Source: Heterodontus francisci (Eukaryota). Taken from it: 64,000 nucleotides of DNA. The stretch lies in contig NC_090374.1 of assembly GCF_036365525.1 (NCBI RefSeq), positions 121,589,191 through 121,653,190 of the forward strand, written 5' to 3'. Position 1 is the first letter of the stretch. Each line of letters opens with the position of its first letter. Positions 39,401 to 52,540 of this stretch are shown one piece after another. The notes under the pieces were generated by a model, which was not told where the DNA came from, searched no databases, and was given only the letters and a program-made list of their open reading frames with translations. The translations under genes were made by a program, and so were the position numbers.

Positions 39401-40440
39401 CGGCCCTCTGAAAGAGCAATTCACTCAGTTCCATTCCCCCACCTTCTCCCTGTAACCCTGCACATTCTTCCTTTTCATATAGCTATCCAATTCCCTTTTG
39501 AATGCCTCAATTCCTCTTTTCTCCTTCTGTATGCTGGTGCCCATCCCTCAACCACACTCGTGAACCTCCCCACAAGGACATTGGTCCCAGTCCTGTTGAG
39601 GTGCAACCCATCCCTTTTGAATAGGTGCCTCCTGCTCCAGACATGGTCCCAGTGCCCCAAGAATCTGAAGTCCTCCTCTTTGCACTATGCCTCAATCCTT
39701 GTATTGATCCTCCCTAAGTTGACGATTTCTACTCTCGCTAGCGTGTGGCACTGGGAGTAATCCAGAGATTAATACCTTTGAGGTCCTACTTTCTAACTTC
39801 CTCCCTAGCTCCTGAAAGTCTGACTGTAGGACCTCAAAACCTGCCCTCTCCGTCATTGTTACTCACATGCCACAACTTCTGGCTCACTCCCTTCCGCCTG
39901 CAGAATAACTTGTATACCGTGATGTCCTTTAGCCTGGCACCAGGGAGGTAACACGCCATGCGGGACTCATGATGACGGTTACAGGAACACCTGTCTGTCC
40001 CCCTATCGAATCACCTTTCAAGACTGCATTTCTACTCTTTGCTGTTCCCGCATGTGCTGTCCTTTGTCTATTGGTGTCATTGTCTGCACTGCTTTCCTTC
40101 AAGGTGTCAGCACTCCCAGCAGTATCCAATGTTGAGTTTGAAAGTGGCATACACCCTATGGACTCCTGTACTTCCTGCCTCTTTCTATGTTTCTGGTTAT
40201 CCACCCATCTGCCCTGAACTCCCTCTGGCTGTGGGGTGACCACCTCATGGAATGTATGAACCAAGAAACTCTCATCCTCCCAGATGCTCTGCAGTGACTC
40301 CAGCTGTCTCTCCAGCTTGTAAATCCTGAGCTTGAGCTCATGCAGCTGAAGACCCTTCCTACACACCTGGTCCCCAAGACTCGTGAAGTATCCTGAAATT
40401 CCCACATGGTGCAGGAATGGTGCGCAACAGGTCTCAGCTG
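36440..40440 (-). mobile_element. Near full-length degenerate CR1 LINE (ORF1 zinc finger/leucine zipper + SGNH esterase; ORF2 APE-RT)
   Basis: ORF1 pieces MWE..CRKGLQLHELKLRIYKLERQL, KGDSI and RDGLHLN; ORF2 pieces YRPPN, GKSDH and YINDLD..SKFA. Confidence 0.85.
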
Positions 40441-40844
40441 CTATCCATGGTCTAAAAAAAATCTCTTCCCTCTTTTAGAATCTAGTTAGTATCTTGTTTA
40501 AACTATTAATTTAAATTAATGCTTCTAGATCTGCTCTGTGCTAATACCACAATTTAAATTTTTAATTTCCTGGGCTCCTAATTTAAACGAATGCCCTAGT
40601 TTAGAGAGAGAACCAGTCACTTATCTGCTTTCCTTGACATCACACTTGATTTTTCTTTTTTCAAATGCACTCATTCTGACTCCCGCTGCCACTTTTAACT
40701 GTGGGTCTCCGGCCCTTTTCACACTCAGGCTTGCTCGCTCTGTTTCCTGCTGACTCCCCGCCACTGCTTTTAACTGTGGGTCTCCTGCACTGTTTTCCCT
40801 CAGACTTGTTCTCTCTCTCTCTCTCTCTGTCTCCTGACTCCCCG

Positions 40845-43065
40845 ATTTTCCAAAATTCCCTATATTATGGAAAGCTACTAGTAGATTGGACGGTAGAAAA
40901 TGTTATGCCACTATGTAAAAAAGGAGGGAGAGAGAAAACAAGGAACTACAGGCCAGTTAGCCTGACATCAGTTGTCGGGGAATATGCTGGAATCCATTAT
41001 TAAGGAAGTGGTAACAAGGCACTTAGAAAATCATATGATGATTAGGCAGAGTCAACATGGTTTTGTAAAAGGGAAATGGTATTTGACAACTCTATTCGAG
41101 TTTATTTCAAATGTAAATGTCAATGTATATAAAGGGGATGTAGTATATTTGGTTTTTAAAAAAGCATTCTGAAAGTTGCCACATGAAAGATAGTTTCACA
41201 AGATGAAGATTCATGGAGTTTAGAGTAATATGTTAGCGTGGATGGAGGATTGGCCGTAGGGCACAAAAATAAGAGAGTAGGAATAAACAGGTCGTTTTCT
41301 AGTTGGCAGGCTGTCACTGGTGGAGTGCCGCAAGGATCAGTACTGGCATCTCAGCTGTTTACAATCTCTATTACTGACTTGGTTGAAGGTGCTGAATATA
41401 ATGTATCCACGTTTGCTGATACAGCAAAGTTAGATGGGAAAATAAGCTGGGAGGAGGATACAAAGGGCTGAATTTTACCAGCCCCTCAACATGGGGGGGG
41501 GGCTGTTAAATATTTGTGGGAGCGGCCCACCACGGCCCCCAACGCCAGGAAGACCCTGCTGCATTTTATTGCTGGCAGCGAGGCCTCGGTGCGCACCCCC
41601 CCCCCCCCACCCTCCCAAATGGCAGGGCCTTCATTTAAATGTTAAAATTAATTAAAAACAAATGCTAATTAACTTACCTGGTTCCGGCGGCCGTCCCATG
41701 CCGATTTTACGGCCACTGTTCGGAACTCTGTATGGAGTTCTGAGGCAAGACACCGGTAGGGAGAGGGGAGGAGTGAAATTATCAGGACGGGGGGGGGGGG
41801 GGGGGGGAGAGGGAGTGGGGAAAACCTTTCTTATTGGCTGTGGGGATGGTGGGAAGGGGTTGAAAGGCAAATGTGAAGAGGTTGGGGGGAAATGTTTGGG
41901 ATGCTAATAAAGTTAATTGTCTACATTTTTGCAATAAAAAACACGTTTAGAGGGGTTGGGAAAGGGCCTCCAGCTTTTTATTATTTTTAAAATGCAAATG
42001 AACGGTTATATAACTTTAAGACTTTAATTCGTTCCTTGAAGCCCTTTAAAAATGGCGCCTGTGCGGTGGCGCCGGATGCCATTGCCGGGGACGGAGCAGT
42101 CGCCCCCGCCCCGCTCCCCACCTACGTCCTCGGGGACGGCCGCTCTGTCCCCTCCATTTAAATGAGCCCCATGCAAAATATTGCGGGGGATCAGCGGCAG
42201 TGCGCTAATAAAATTCAGCCCAAAGAGTCTGCAAAGGGATATAGATAGGTTAAGTGATTGGACAAGAAGGTGGGAGATGTGAGGTGGTTCATGTCAGTTA
42301 CAAGAATAGAAAAACTGAATTTTTTAAAATGGTGAGAAATTATTAAATGTTGCTGTTCAGAGGCATTTTGGTGTCCTTGTACGCAAAATACTGGAGGTTA
42401 ACATGCAGGTACAGCCAGGAATTAGTGAAGATAAATTATAAGTTGGCCTTTATTGCAAGGGGGTTGGAGTACAAAATTAAGGAAATCTTACTGCATTTCT
42501 ACAGGGCCTTGGTGAGACCACACCTGGAGGTCGGTGTATAGTTTTGGCCTTCATACTTAAGGGAAGATGTACTTGTCTTAGAGGGGGTGCAGTGAAGTTC
42601 ACTAGATTGATTCCTGGGAACAGAGGCTCATTCTTCTAGGAAAAATTGAGTAGAATGGCCCCATACTGTCTAGCGTTTAGAAGAATGATAGGTGATCTCA
42701 TTGAAACATATAAGATTCTTAGAGGGCTTGACAGGGTAGATGCTGAGGCACTGTTTCCTCTGGCTGGAGAGTCTGCAACTAGGGGGCATAGTCTCAGGAT
42801 AAGGGGTCGGCCATTTATGACTTGGATGAGGAGAAATTTCTTCACTCAGAAGGTTATGAATCTTTGGAATTCTCTACCCCAGAGGGCTATGGATGCTCAG
42901 TTGTTGAGTATATTCAAGGCAGAGAGTGATAGATTTTTGAGCTGTTGAATCAAGAGATATGGGAATCAGGTGGCAAACTGGGGTTGAGGTCAAAGATCAG
43001 ACATTGAATGGTGAAGCGATTTCAAAGGGCTGTATGGCTGCCTCCTCCTATTTCTTATGTTCTTA
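40845..43065 (+). mobile_element. CR1 LINE RT to 3' end, interrupted by a MITE
   Basis: NYRPVSLTSVVG, GVPQGSVL, STFADT, GDLIETYKILRG..TRGH, CR1 tail. Confidence 0.88.
41465..42221. mobile_element. PIF/Harbinger-type MITE
   Basis: Perfect 13-bp TIRs gggctgaatttta / taaaattcagccc and a 3-bp TSD AAA; excision restores the CR1 sequence gaggatacaaagagtctg. Confidence 0.85.
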
Positions 43066-43237
43066 AGAAAACAGGAAACTCAATAGAGGTAGCATGCATT
43101 ATGGAATACATTTTGTTTACACTTGGAAAGCAATACAGCTTTTTAGTTCATTGGTTATTTTTCTTTCAAACAAAAGACATGAGTTAGGAGCACCGTACGC
43201 CCTCACAAAATGGGTAACCCCTGATTCACGTCTCAAA

Positions 43238-43530
43238 GAACAAAGAAAATTACAGCACAGGAAGAGGCCCTTCGGCCCTCCAAGCCTGCGCCGATCCAGA
43301 TCCTCTATCTAAACCTGTCGCCTATTTTCTAAGGGTCTGTATCTCTTTGCTTCCTGCCCATTCATGTATCTGTCTAGATACATCTTAAAAGACGCTATCA
43401 TGCCCGCGTCTACCACCTCCGCTGGCAACGCGTTCCAGGCACCCACCACCCTCTGCGTAAAGAACTTTCCACGCATATCCCCCCTAAACTTTTCCCCTCT
43501 CACTTTGAACTCGTGACCCCTAGTCTCGGT
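43238..43530 (-). mobile_element. Young CR1 (HER1-like) 3' end
   Basis: TRGHEFKVRG..FFTQRVVGAWNALP; tail ggccgaagggcc shared with the HE1 SINE. Confidence 0.8.
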
Positions 43531-45065
43531 AACCCATTGCATAAATGCACTTTGTGGTCTGGTGTACAGCCATCAAGTCCAGCAATGCCCCTTTTCATCC
43601 ATGCACTGTACTGAGTACACTGATCTCTGCTGGGGCAACTACTATTGACTTCAGTCCTTTTGGACTGGGAAGGAGGGAACAAATTACCTGGGGTTCCTAC
43701 TCCTGATTGTATGGAGCACAGTGCACAAGTTTGAATGGTGGGCCAGGACCAGATCAGCTCTAATAATCTGCCAAAATATCAATAGCCCACACAGTCCAGG
43801 CTGAAAAATGCCATTTGCTTGAGATATTAGAGAGTTGCTATTACCATATCTCAGCAGAAGCCCTATCTCTAGAAAGAAAGGGGTGAAAATAGAAAATGTT
43901 GCAAAAAATCACCCATATATGTATGTTTTCTTAATGTTTATATTTAAAGAGAAAATTCCGGGTACCAAAAACCCCTTTAAGTAATGAAGAACTGCTTTCG
44001 ATTTCCTAATTTCAGATTAATTTTTATGGTTTCAATACAGTGAAAACAAGTGAAAAGCAGATGGTTTCACTGAGTGCTTTAAAATTAGCAGCCTTTGCTC
44101 CTTACTACTTGCTGCATGGGAACTGAGTGGCAATCTGCGTAAATTTATTTTCCCCTTTGCTGTATATCATCTGTTCAGTTACTAGTAAAAGCTTGCTTTT
44201 ATAAAACCATCCTATATTGATGTTTGTTAGGCAGCTTTTCAAATCTCTATTGCTGATGGGTGAGGATCTTGACCAGAAGTGCAGACTTCTTAAATGATCT
44301 CTTGGTTTTCCATGTATTTTAACTAATAGTTATAAATCATGTGAAATTGTCTGGTGACAGGCAAAATGTTGTTAGAAATCTTTTCAAATAAATCAATGGT
44401 TGCTGTAACAGTGGAAACATGTTCACTTTGAAACTAGTTTTACTCTATCAATGAAATGAGAGAATTTTATTTGTGCATGGGTAGTATGAAGAATGTTGTG
44501 TGTTAGAACAATCTTCCAAAGTAGGACTTATAATTTGTTTATGTATTCATCCAGAAAGGAGTGTGTGTTCGTGTGTATGAATGTGCTTGTGCAGGCATAT
44601 GTGTACATGTGTGGCTTGAATCCATCTGTATTCTCTCCAGCCCTTTTTGGTCTCCCAGGTCTATGTACCATTTGAGGCTAACAGAATAAAGTGGGATAGA
44701 CAGAGGAGGTGGCCTGCTCCTATCACATTGCCAATACCACCAAGAGCTCGCTGCTTGGAGGTGTACAAAAACCCAAGTCTGAGATAAGAAAGGGGTAGTG
44801 ATGGTGGTGACTGGATGCCTGGGACATGCTGCACGGAAGGCCCAACAGCGTTCAATCCATATTGAAGCCTCTTGAGACTCTCCTTTCAAAAGTAAAATTC
44901 TGTATGACCATGACAGTGTGCATGTTTGTAGAAGAAGTTGTCCACTATAACAGAACAAGGATCTGTACTGAACCCTGCCATTGACTTCATGTCATGCTCG
45001 ATCTCAGTTGCATTGGGCAGTGCCATGACTCTCATAGCCATTTCATTGGTAGAATGTCATGGAAA

Positions 45066-48000
45066 TTTTTTTTTTATTCACTCATGGGATGTGGGCGTCG
45101 CTGGCCAGGCCAGCATTTATTGCCCATCCCTAATTGCCCTTGAGAAGGTGGTGGTGAGCTGCCTTCTTGAACCGCTGCAGTCCACGTGGGGTAGGTACAC
45201 CCACCAGTGCTGTTAGGAAGGGAGTTCCAGGGTTTTGACCCAGCAACAGTGAAGGAATGGCGATATAGTTCCAAGTCAGGATGGTGTGTGACTTGGAGGG
45301 GATCTTGCAGGTGGTGGTGTTCCCATGCATTTGCTGCCCTTGTCCTTCTAGTTGGTAGAGGTCGCGGGTTTGGAAGGTGCTGTCTGAGGAGCCTCGGTGC
45401 GTTGCTGCAGTGCATCTTGTAGATGGTACACACTGCTGCCACTGTGCGTCGGTGGTGGAGGGAGTGAATGTTTGTGGATGGGGTGTCAATCAAGCAGGCT
45501 GCTTTGTCCTGGATGGTGTTGAGCTTCTTGAGTGTTGTTGAAGCTGCACCCATCCAGGCAAGTGCAGAGTATTCCATTACATTCCTGACTTGTGCCTTGC
45601 AGATGGTGGACAGGCTTTGGGGAGTCAGGTGGTGAGTTACTCGCCTCAGGATTCCTAGCCTCTGACCTGCTCTTGTAGCCACAGTATTTATATGGCGACT
45701 CCAGTTCAGTTTCTGGTCAATGGTAGCCCCTAGGATGTTGATAGTGGGGGATTCAGCGATGGTAATGTCATTGAATGTCAAGGGGAGATGGTTAGATTCT
45801 CTCTTTTTGGAGATGGTCATTGTCTCGCACTTGTGTGGTGCGAATGTTACTTGCCACTTATCAGCTCAAGCCTGGATGTTGTCCAGGTCTTGCTGCATTT
45901 CTACACTGACTGCTTCAGTATCTGAGGAGTCACGAATGGTGCTGAGCATTGTGCAATCATCAGCGAACATCCCCACTTCTGACCTTATGATTGAAGGAAG
46001 GTCATTGCTGAAGCAGCTGAAGATGATTGGGCCTAGGACACTACCCTGAGGAACTGCTGCAGTGATGTCCTGCAGCTGAGATGATTGACCTCCAACAACC
46101 ACAACCATCTTCCTTTGCGCTAGGTATGACTCCAACCAGCGGAGGGTTTTCCCCCTGATTCCCATTGACTTCAGTTATGCTAGGGGTCCTTGATGCTGCC
46201 TTGATGTCAAGGGCAGTGACTCACACCCCTTGAATTCAGCTCTTTTGTCCATGTTTGAACCAAGGCTGTAATGAGGTCAGGAGTTGAGTGGCCCTGGCGG
46301 AACCCAAACTGAAGGTCACTGAGCAGGTTATTGCTCAGCAAGTGCCGCTTGATGGCACTGTTGATGACACCTTCCATCACTTTACTGATGATTGAGAGCA
46401 GGCCAATGGGGCGGTAATTGGCCTGGTTGGACTTGTCCTGCTTTTTGTGTATGTGACATACCTGGGCAATTCTCCACATTGCAGGGTTGATGCCACTGTT
46501 ATAGCTGTACTGGAACAGCTTGGCTGAGGTGCGGCAAGTTCTGGAGCACAGGTCTTCAGTACTATTGCCGGAATATTGTCAGGGCCCATAGCCTTTGCAG
46601 TATTCAGTGCCTTCAGTCCTTTCTTAATATCACGTGGAGTGAATCGAATTGGCTGAAGTCTGGCATCTGTGATGCTGGAGACTTCAGGAGGAGGCCGAGA
46701 TGGATCATCAACTCGGCACTTCTGGTTGAAGATTGTTGCAAATGCTTCTGCCTTATCTTTCGCACTGATGTGCTGGGTTCCCCCATCATTGAGGATGGGG
46801 ATATTTGTGGAGCCACCTCCTCCAGTTAGTTGTTTAATTGTCCACCATCATTCACAGCTGGATGTGGCAGGACTGCAGATCTTAGATCTGATCCGTTGGT
46901 TATGGGATCGCTTAGCTCTGTCTATTGCATGCTGCTTACGCAGTTTGGCATGCATATAGTCCTATGTTGTAGCTTCACCAGGTTGACGACTCATTTTGAG
47001 GTATGCCTGGTGCTGCTCCTGGCATGCCCTCCTGCACTCTTCATTGAACCAGGGTTGATCTCCTGGCTTGATGGTAATGGTAGAGTGGGGGATATGCCAG
47101 GCCATGAGGTTACAGATTGTGGTTGAGTATAATTCTGCTGCTGCTGATGGCCCACAGCACCTCATGGATGCCCAGTTTTGCATTGCTAGATCTGTTCGGA
47201 ATCTATCCCATTTAGCACGGTGGTAGTGCCGCGCAACACAATGGAGGGTATCCTCAATGCGAAGACGGGACTTCGCCTCCACAAGGACTGTGCGGTGGTC
47301 ACTCCTACCAATACTGTCATGGACAGATGCATCTGCGGCAGGCAGATTGGTGAGGACGAGGTCAAGTATGTTTTCCCTCTTGTTTGTTCCCTCTCCACCT
47401 GCCACAGACCCAGTCTAGCAGCTATGTCCTTTCGGACTCGGCCAGCTCGGTCAGTAGTGGAGCTACCAAGCCACTCTTGGTGATGAACATTGAAGTCCCC
47501 CGCTAAGAGTACATTCTGTGCCCTTGCCATCCTCAGTGCTTCCTGCAAGTGCTGTTCAACATGGAGGAGTACTGACTCATCAGCTGAGGGAGGGCAGTAG
47601 GTGGTAATCAGCAGGAGGTTTCCTTGTCCATGTTTGACCTGATGCTATGAGACTTCATGAGGTCCAGAGTCGATCTTGAGGACTCCCAGGGCAACTCCCT
47701 TCCGACTTTATACCACTGTACCGCCACCTCTGTTGGATCTGTCCTGCCAGTGGGACAGGACATACCCGAGGATGGTGGTAGTAGTGTCTGGGACATTATC
47801 TGTAAGGTATGATTCCGTGAGTATGACTGTCGGGCTGTTACTTGACTAGTCTGTGGGACAGCTCTCCCAACTTTGGCGCAAGCCCCCAGATGTTAGTAAG
47901 GAGGACTTTGCAGGGTCAAAAGGGCTGGGTTTGCGTTTGTCGTTTCCGGTGCCTAGGTTGATGCCGGGTGGTCTGTCCAGTTTGATTCTTTTTTATTGAC

Positions 48001-48320
48001 TTTGTAGCGGTTAGGTACAACTGAGTGGCTTGCTAGGCCATTTCAGAGGGCATGTAAGAATCAACCACATTGCTGTGGGTCTGGAGTCACATGTAATCCA
48101 GACCAGGTAAGGACAGCAGATTTCCTTCCCTGAAGAACATTACTGAACCAGATGGGTTTTTACAACAATTGACAATGGTTTCATGGCCATCGTTAGACTA
48201 GCTTTTTAATTCCAGATTTATTCATTGAATTCAAATTCCACTTTCTGCTGTGGTGGGATTTGAACCCATGTCCCCAGAGCAGTACCCTGGGTCTCTGGGT
48301 TACACTGGTGCAATGATGCA
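45066..48320 (-). mobile_element. Near full-length LINE-A with tRNA/SINE head
   Basis: Box B GGTTCAAATCC (complement of 48256-48266); APE (GDFNVHH, IGRSDH) and RT (PQGSVLGP, MFADD); tail and polyA at 45066-45075. Confidence 0.93.
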
Positions 48321-49109
48321 ATGCACCTTGAGGATTTTGTAGGTCTGTAGAAGGCTGGAAGTCCTTGTTCAAGATGATCAGATGCCTTGGTGAGAATTTG
48401 GTTTCTAACAGAGGCCTGCAGGCTGGCTTGTAGTGTCTTACACCTACATTTCATGTGAGTGGCACTGCAAAGCCTCTTGCATATAACATTCAGCTACCGT
48501 ACAGTAGCTGAAATGGCAGGCACATTAAGTTCCAGTGAGATCCCAGCTATTTAGAGCTGTCATCCATTCTGCAAGGAAGACTCTGTCGACCTCCCATAAT
48601 GTCTGCCTTTTCCATTTCAGATGTATTACTTTGACATAGCACTTCACAAGTACATGGGACATTAAGCCACACAATAAGAATGGAACTGCACAAATAGTTG
48701 AAACATGAATCACTGAAGTATTAGGATGACTTATTCGCACCTGGTCCTATGTCGGCTTCTGTGCGTTCATAGCAAGTTTAGTCCTTTAGTGTGTATTACA
48801 GGAAGTAAACAGCAATAGCTACAGCTATCTGTTTGTAAAGACATAATCAGTTTAATAAGATACCCGATAAAACTATTCATGACTTTATAAAAGGATAGCT
48901 GTATTGATGAAGAATGCTGAGCAGTTTAAAAATTACTTAATGGTTTTTTTGCATGGGAGGTATACTTCCAGGAGCAGTCCATGAAATTGAGAGTTTAGGC
49001 TATGTGTGAAATCCGTGTTGGAATTTTGACTTTCAGGTATGTTTGACTGTGGAAAGTACAAGTGTATTGGAGAAGCAGTATAATATGCTACTATAAACAG
49101 CTGAAGTTT

Positions 49110-49705
49110 CTTATTGCCTGTCTCTGGCCCTGTGTCAGCTCATCCATTCCTTTGTTACCTCTAGATTTGACTCTTCCAACGCTCTTCAGGCTGGCCTCCC
49201 ATCTTCTACCCATCATGAAATTGAACTCATCCAAAACTGCTTCCTGTATCCTAACTCTCAACATGTCCTGTTCACCATCATCCTTGTGCTCACTGACCTG
49301 TATTGACTCCTGGTCCAAAAACGCCTCAATTTTAAAATTCTCATCCTCGTTTTCAAACCCTTCAACGGCCTTGCCCATCCTTATCTCTGTAACCTTTTCC
49401 ATCCATACAACCCTCCACGATCTCTGTGCTTCGCCAATTCTGATCTCCTGTGCATCCCTAATTGTAATCACTCTATCATTGGTGGCTATGCCTTCAGTTG
49501 CCTGGGCCCTAAGCTCTGGAATTCCCTCTGCAGCCTGTCTGTCTCTACTTCTCCTCTACCTCCTTTAAGACACTCCTTAAGCCAAGCTTTTGCTCACCTG
49601 ACCCAGTATCATCATGTGGCTCAGTGACAGATTTTGTTTGATAATCACTCCTGTGAAGCATCTTGGGGCATTTTACTATGCTAATGGTACTATAGAAATG
49701 CAAGT
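49110..49705 (+). mobile_element. Degenerate L2 LINE 3' fragment
   Basis: Similar to 16600-17165; ends ..tatagaaatgcaagttgttt. Confidence 0.7.
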
Positions 49706-50989
49706 TGTTTTTGTTTCATGGTGTATAATTTATTGAGCATATAAATCATTGGACAAGACTTAGCCAATGGATTTTTCTTGTGCTGTACCATCATCTGCAG
49801 TTGCTTGTTTTTGTTCATTTTGTAAATGTCCTCCTCTGTGACCCTGGCGAAGTGGGGCACCTTTGCAGCATTAAGCAGCATGCAAGAGAGACCACCATGA
49901 TTTTCCTGAAAAATTAGAGGGCACTTTGTAAAACACCTCCCTGGCCAATCTGGTCATGGCTTCAGGCCCTCAAAAGTGTATGACAGCCTCACTCTGGCAT
50001 CTGCCTTGTTGTGCCTAATCTGCATCTCAGATTGAAAATTCCTTTGTGGATGCATGAACCATCTTAAGATAAAATAACCCTTATCCTCTAGGGAACTGAT
50101 TCCTGTTTTCTCCACTGAAAAGAAGGGGCTCTAGGATTACCATTGTAGACATGCAAATGCCACAAATGAAGTGTTTAAAAATATAAATTTTCTCGACAGA
50201 GCATGTCACAGACCTCACATGCTTTCAATACCTGTACCTCCCTTCAGGCTTCATTCTACGAATGAAGGAATGTTAGGAGTACCTTTAAGTTGCTGTCTTG
50301 CTGCAGTTTGTCTGATTACTTCGTTTCACATGTCCTAGGTTTCTGTTCAAAAGCATTTTGAGATACCAACTTTGTTGAGGTTCAGGTAGATTTTTTTAAT
50401 AACCAGCACTGCTGCTGGTTTCCTATGTTGACAGATGTGCTTCTATGTTACTATTAGGCTCAGAAAATCTTTGCAGGGCAGGCTTCCAGAACTGTTATGT
50501 CAAAGAAGCCTGCATTACTTTAAATGCTGGAAATTCCCCTGAAACATTAGCGGATAATAGCCCGGACTTTCTGATAGGAGTAACAGTGAGGCTAATGACG
50601 CTTACCGTTATAACGAGATAAATCGGAGAGCAATTTCTGGTGTATGCACATGCACTGTTAAATCTGGAAATGCAGACATTGCTGTCAAATATGCCCTGCT
50701 CTTCCACAGGGTGGACTGTAACAGTTCTCGTCAATAAACTTGGCATTGAAATCAATACAATAACATTATCTTCCCCATAAAAGATGCCAGGAAAGGTTAG
50801 GCCTGGCGCTTTCAGGAGCAAGTGAATTATTAATGGCTTGATAAGTGATAATTACTGCCAAACAATCTCTCTGGTCCTGAAAATTTAATTTAATGTGTGG
50901 AGTCTCATTCCTTCAGAAGTTAATTAGTGTTGCAGACTTCATAATTTTAAAAAAGATTTTCTGTCTGTATCTTCTGTCCCTTTTCCTTA

Positions 50990-51505
50990 GAACATTGAAA
51001 AATAGGAGCAGGAGTAGGCCATTCGGCCCTTCAAGCCTGTACCACCATTCAGTACGATCATGGCCCCTTATCCTTAGACTGTGACCCCTGGTCCTGGACT
51101 CCCCCGCCATCGGGAACATCCTTCCTGCATCTAGTCGGTCCAGTCCTGTTAGAATTTTGAGGATTTCTATGAGATCCCCTCTCGTTCTTCTTCTAAACCC
51201 TAGCGAATACAAGCCTAATCGACCCAATCTCTCTTCATATGTCAGTCCTGCCATCCCAGGAATCAGTCTGGTGAAACTTCGCTGCACTCCCTCCATAGCA
51301 AGAACATCCTTCCTCAGATAAGGAGACCAAAACTGCACTTCTGCAATAATACTCCAGATGTGGTCACACCAAGGCCTTGTATAATTGCAGCAAGACATCC
51401 TTGCTCCTGTACTCAAATCCTCTCGCTATGAAGGCCAACATACCATTTGCCTTCTTAACTGCCTGCTGCACCTGCATGCTTACTTTCAGCGACTGGTGCA
51501 CAAGG
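50990..51505 (-). mobile_element. CR1 LINE 3' fragment
   Basis: VQFWSPYLRKDVLAMEGVQR..GDLIEILKIL..TRGHSLRIRG. Confidence 0.85.
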
Positions 51506-52035
51506 AATATCATCTGTTTTCCCAATTTTTACTTTGCTTTCTGATCATTTAAATCTCATTTATAGCTCCTGCATTATAATTCCTGGTTTAGACTCTGCCT
51601 GTCTCTGAGGATTCTCCAATCTGATTGGTTGAAGTGCCTCGCTGTATCTTGACCAACTCATGGATGCCGCGCTGGATCAGACACTGGATTAGAGCAAGTC
51701 TCCACTCAAAAGCCATTTACAACTTTGTGGGCGGTTGTCAGAGAGGTGAACAGCAAGCATTGTTTCTTTGCCGTTGACTGCAAAACCCAGGCTAATATTT
51801 TCATGTCAGTTCAGAAATTTGGCATAAATAATTGCCTTTTACAGGAGGCCTGTCACCTTTTGTAGAAGATTTTGAATTTCTTGACTGATTTTATTCGGTG
51901 AATACACAAGGATAGGTTATGCCAGAAGGTTCCTTTCATCAAACCCGATTTAGATGTTGCAGTTTTTCTTTGTTTATTAATTCCTTGTTTCCTTGAATTA
52001 GCTATAGCAAGTAACTCGCCTCCTGTCTCTCCTAT

Positions 52036-52540
52036 GCCTGTCCACCATCTATAAAGCACAAGTCAGGAGTGTGATGGAATATTCTCCGTTTGCCTGGATG
52101 GGTGCAGCTCCATTAACACTCAAGAAGTTCAACACCATCCAGGACAAAGCAGCCAGCTTGATTGGCACCCCATCCACCACCTTCAACATTCACTGCCTTC
52201 GCCACCAATGCACAGTGGCAGCAGTATGTACCATCTACAAGATGCACTGCAGCAACTCACCATGCCTTCTTCGACATCACCTTCCAAACCCGCAACCCCT
52301 TCCACCTGGAAGGACGAGGGCAGCAGATGCATGGGAATGCCACCGCCTGCAAGTTCCCCTCCAAGCCACACACCGTCCTGTGTGGTTACTTGGAACTATA
52401 TCGCCGTTCCTTTACTGTCCCTGGATCAAAATCCTGGAACTCCCTTCCTAACAGCGCTGTGGTTTTCTACACCCCTAAGGACTGCAGCAGTTCAAGAGGG
52501 CAGCTCACCACCACCTTCTCAAGGGCAATTAGGGATGGGC
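52036..52540 (+). mobile_element. LINE-A 3' fragment
   Basis: MMEYSPFAWMGAAPLTLKKFNTIQDKAA; ends at ..caattagggatgggc. Confidence 0.88.

Noticed and set aside
39475-40405. SGNH esterase/zinc-finger ORF as a novel cargo gene
   Set aside because: This is the known ORF1 architecture of CR1/L2-group LINEs.
41608-41870. Long C and G runs as a functional G-quadruplex element
   Set aside because: They lie inside a MITE, and homopolymer lengths are unreliable.
44722-44740. atcacattgcca, a 12-nt match to the 5' end of miR-23; tempting because AOPEP hosts miR-23b/27b/24-1 in other vertebrates
   Set aside because: The 3' half of the mature miRNA does not match, there is no complementary 5p arm or hairpin, no miR-27/24 lies nearby, and the known cluster is in a much later intron.
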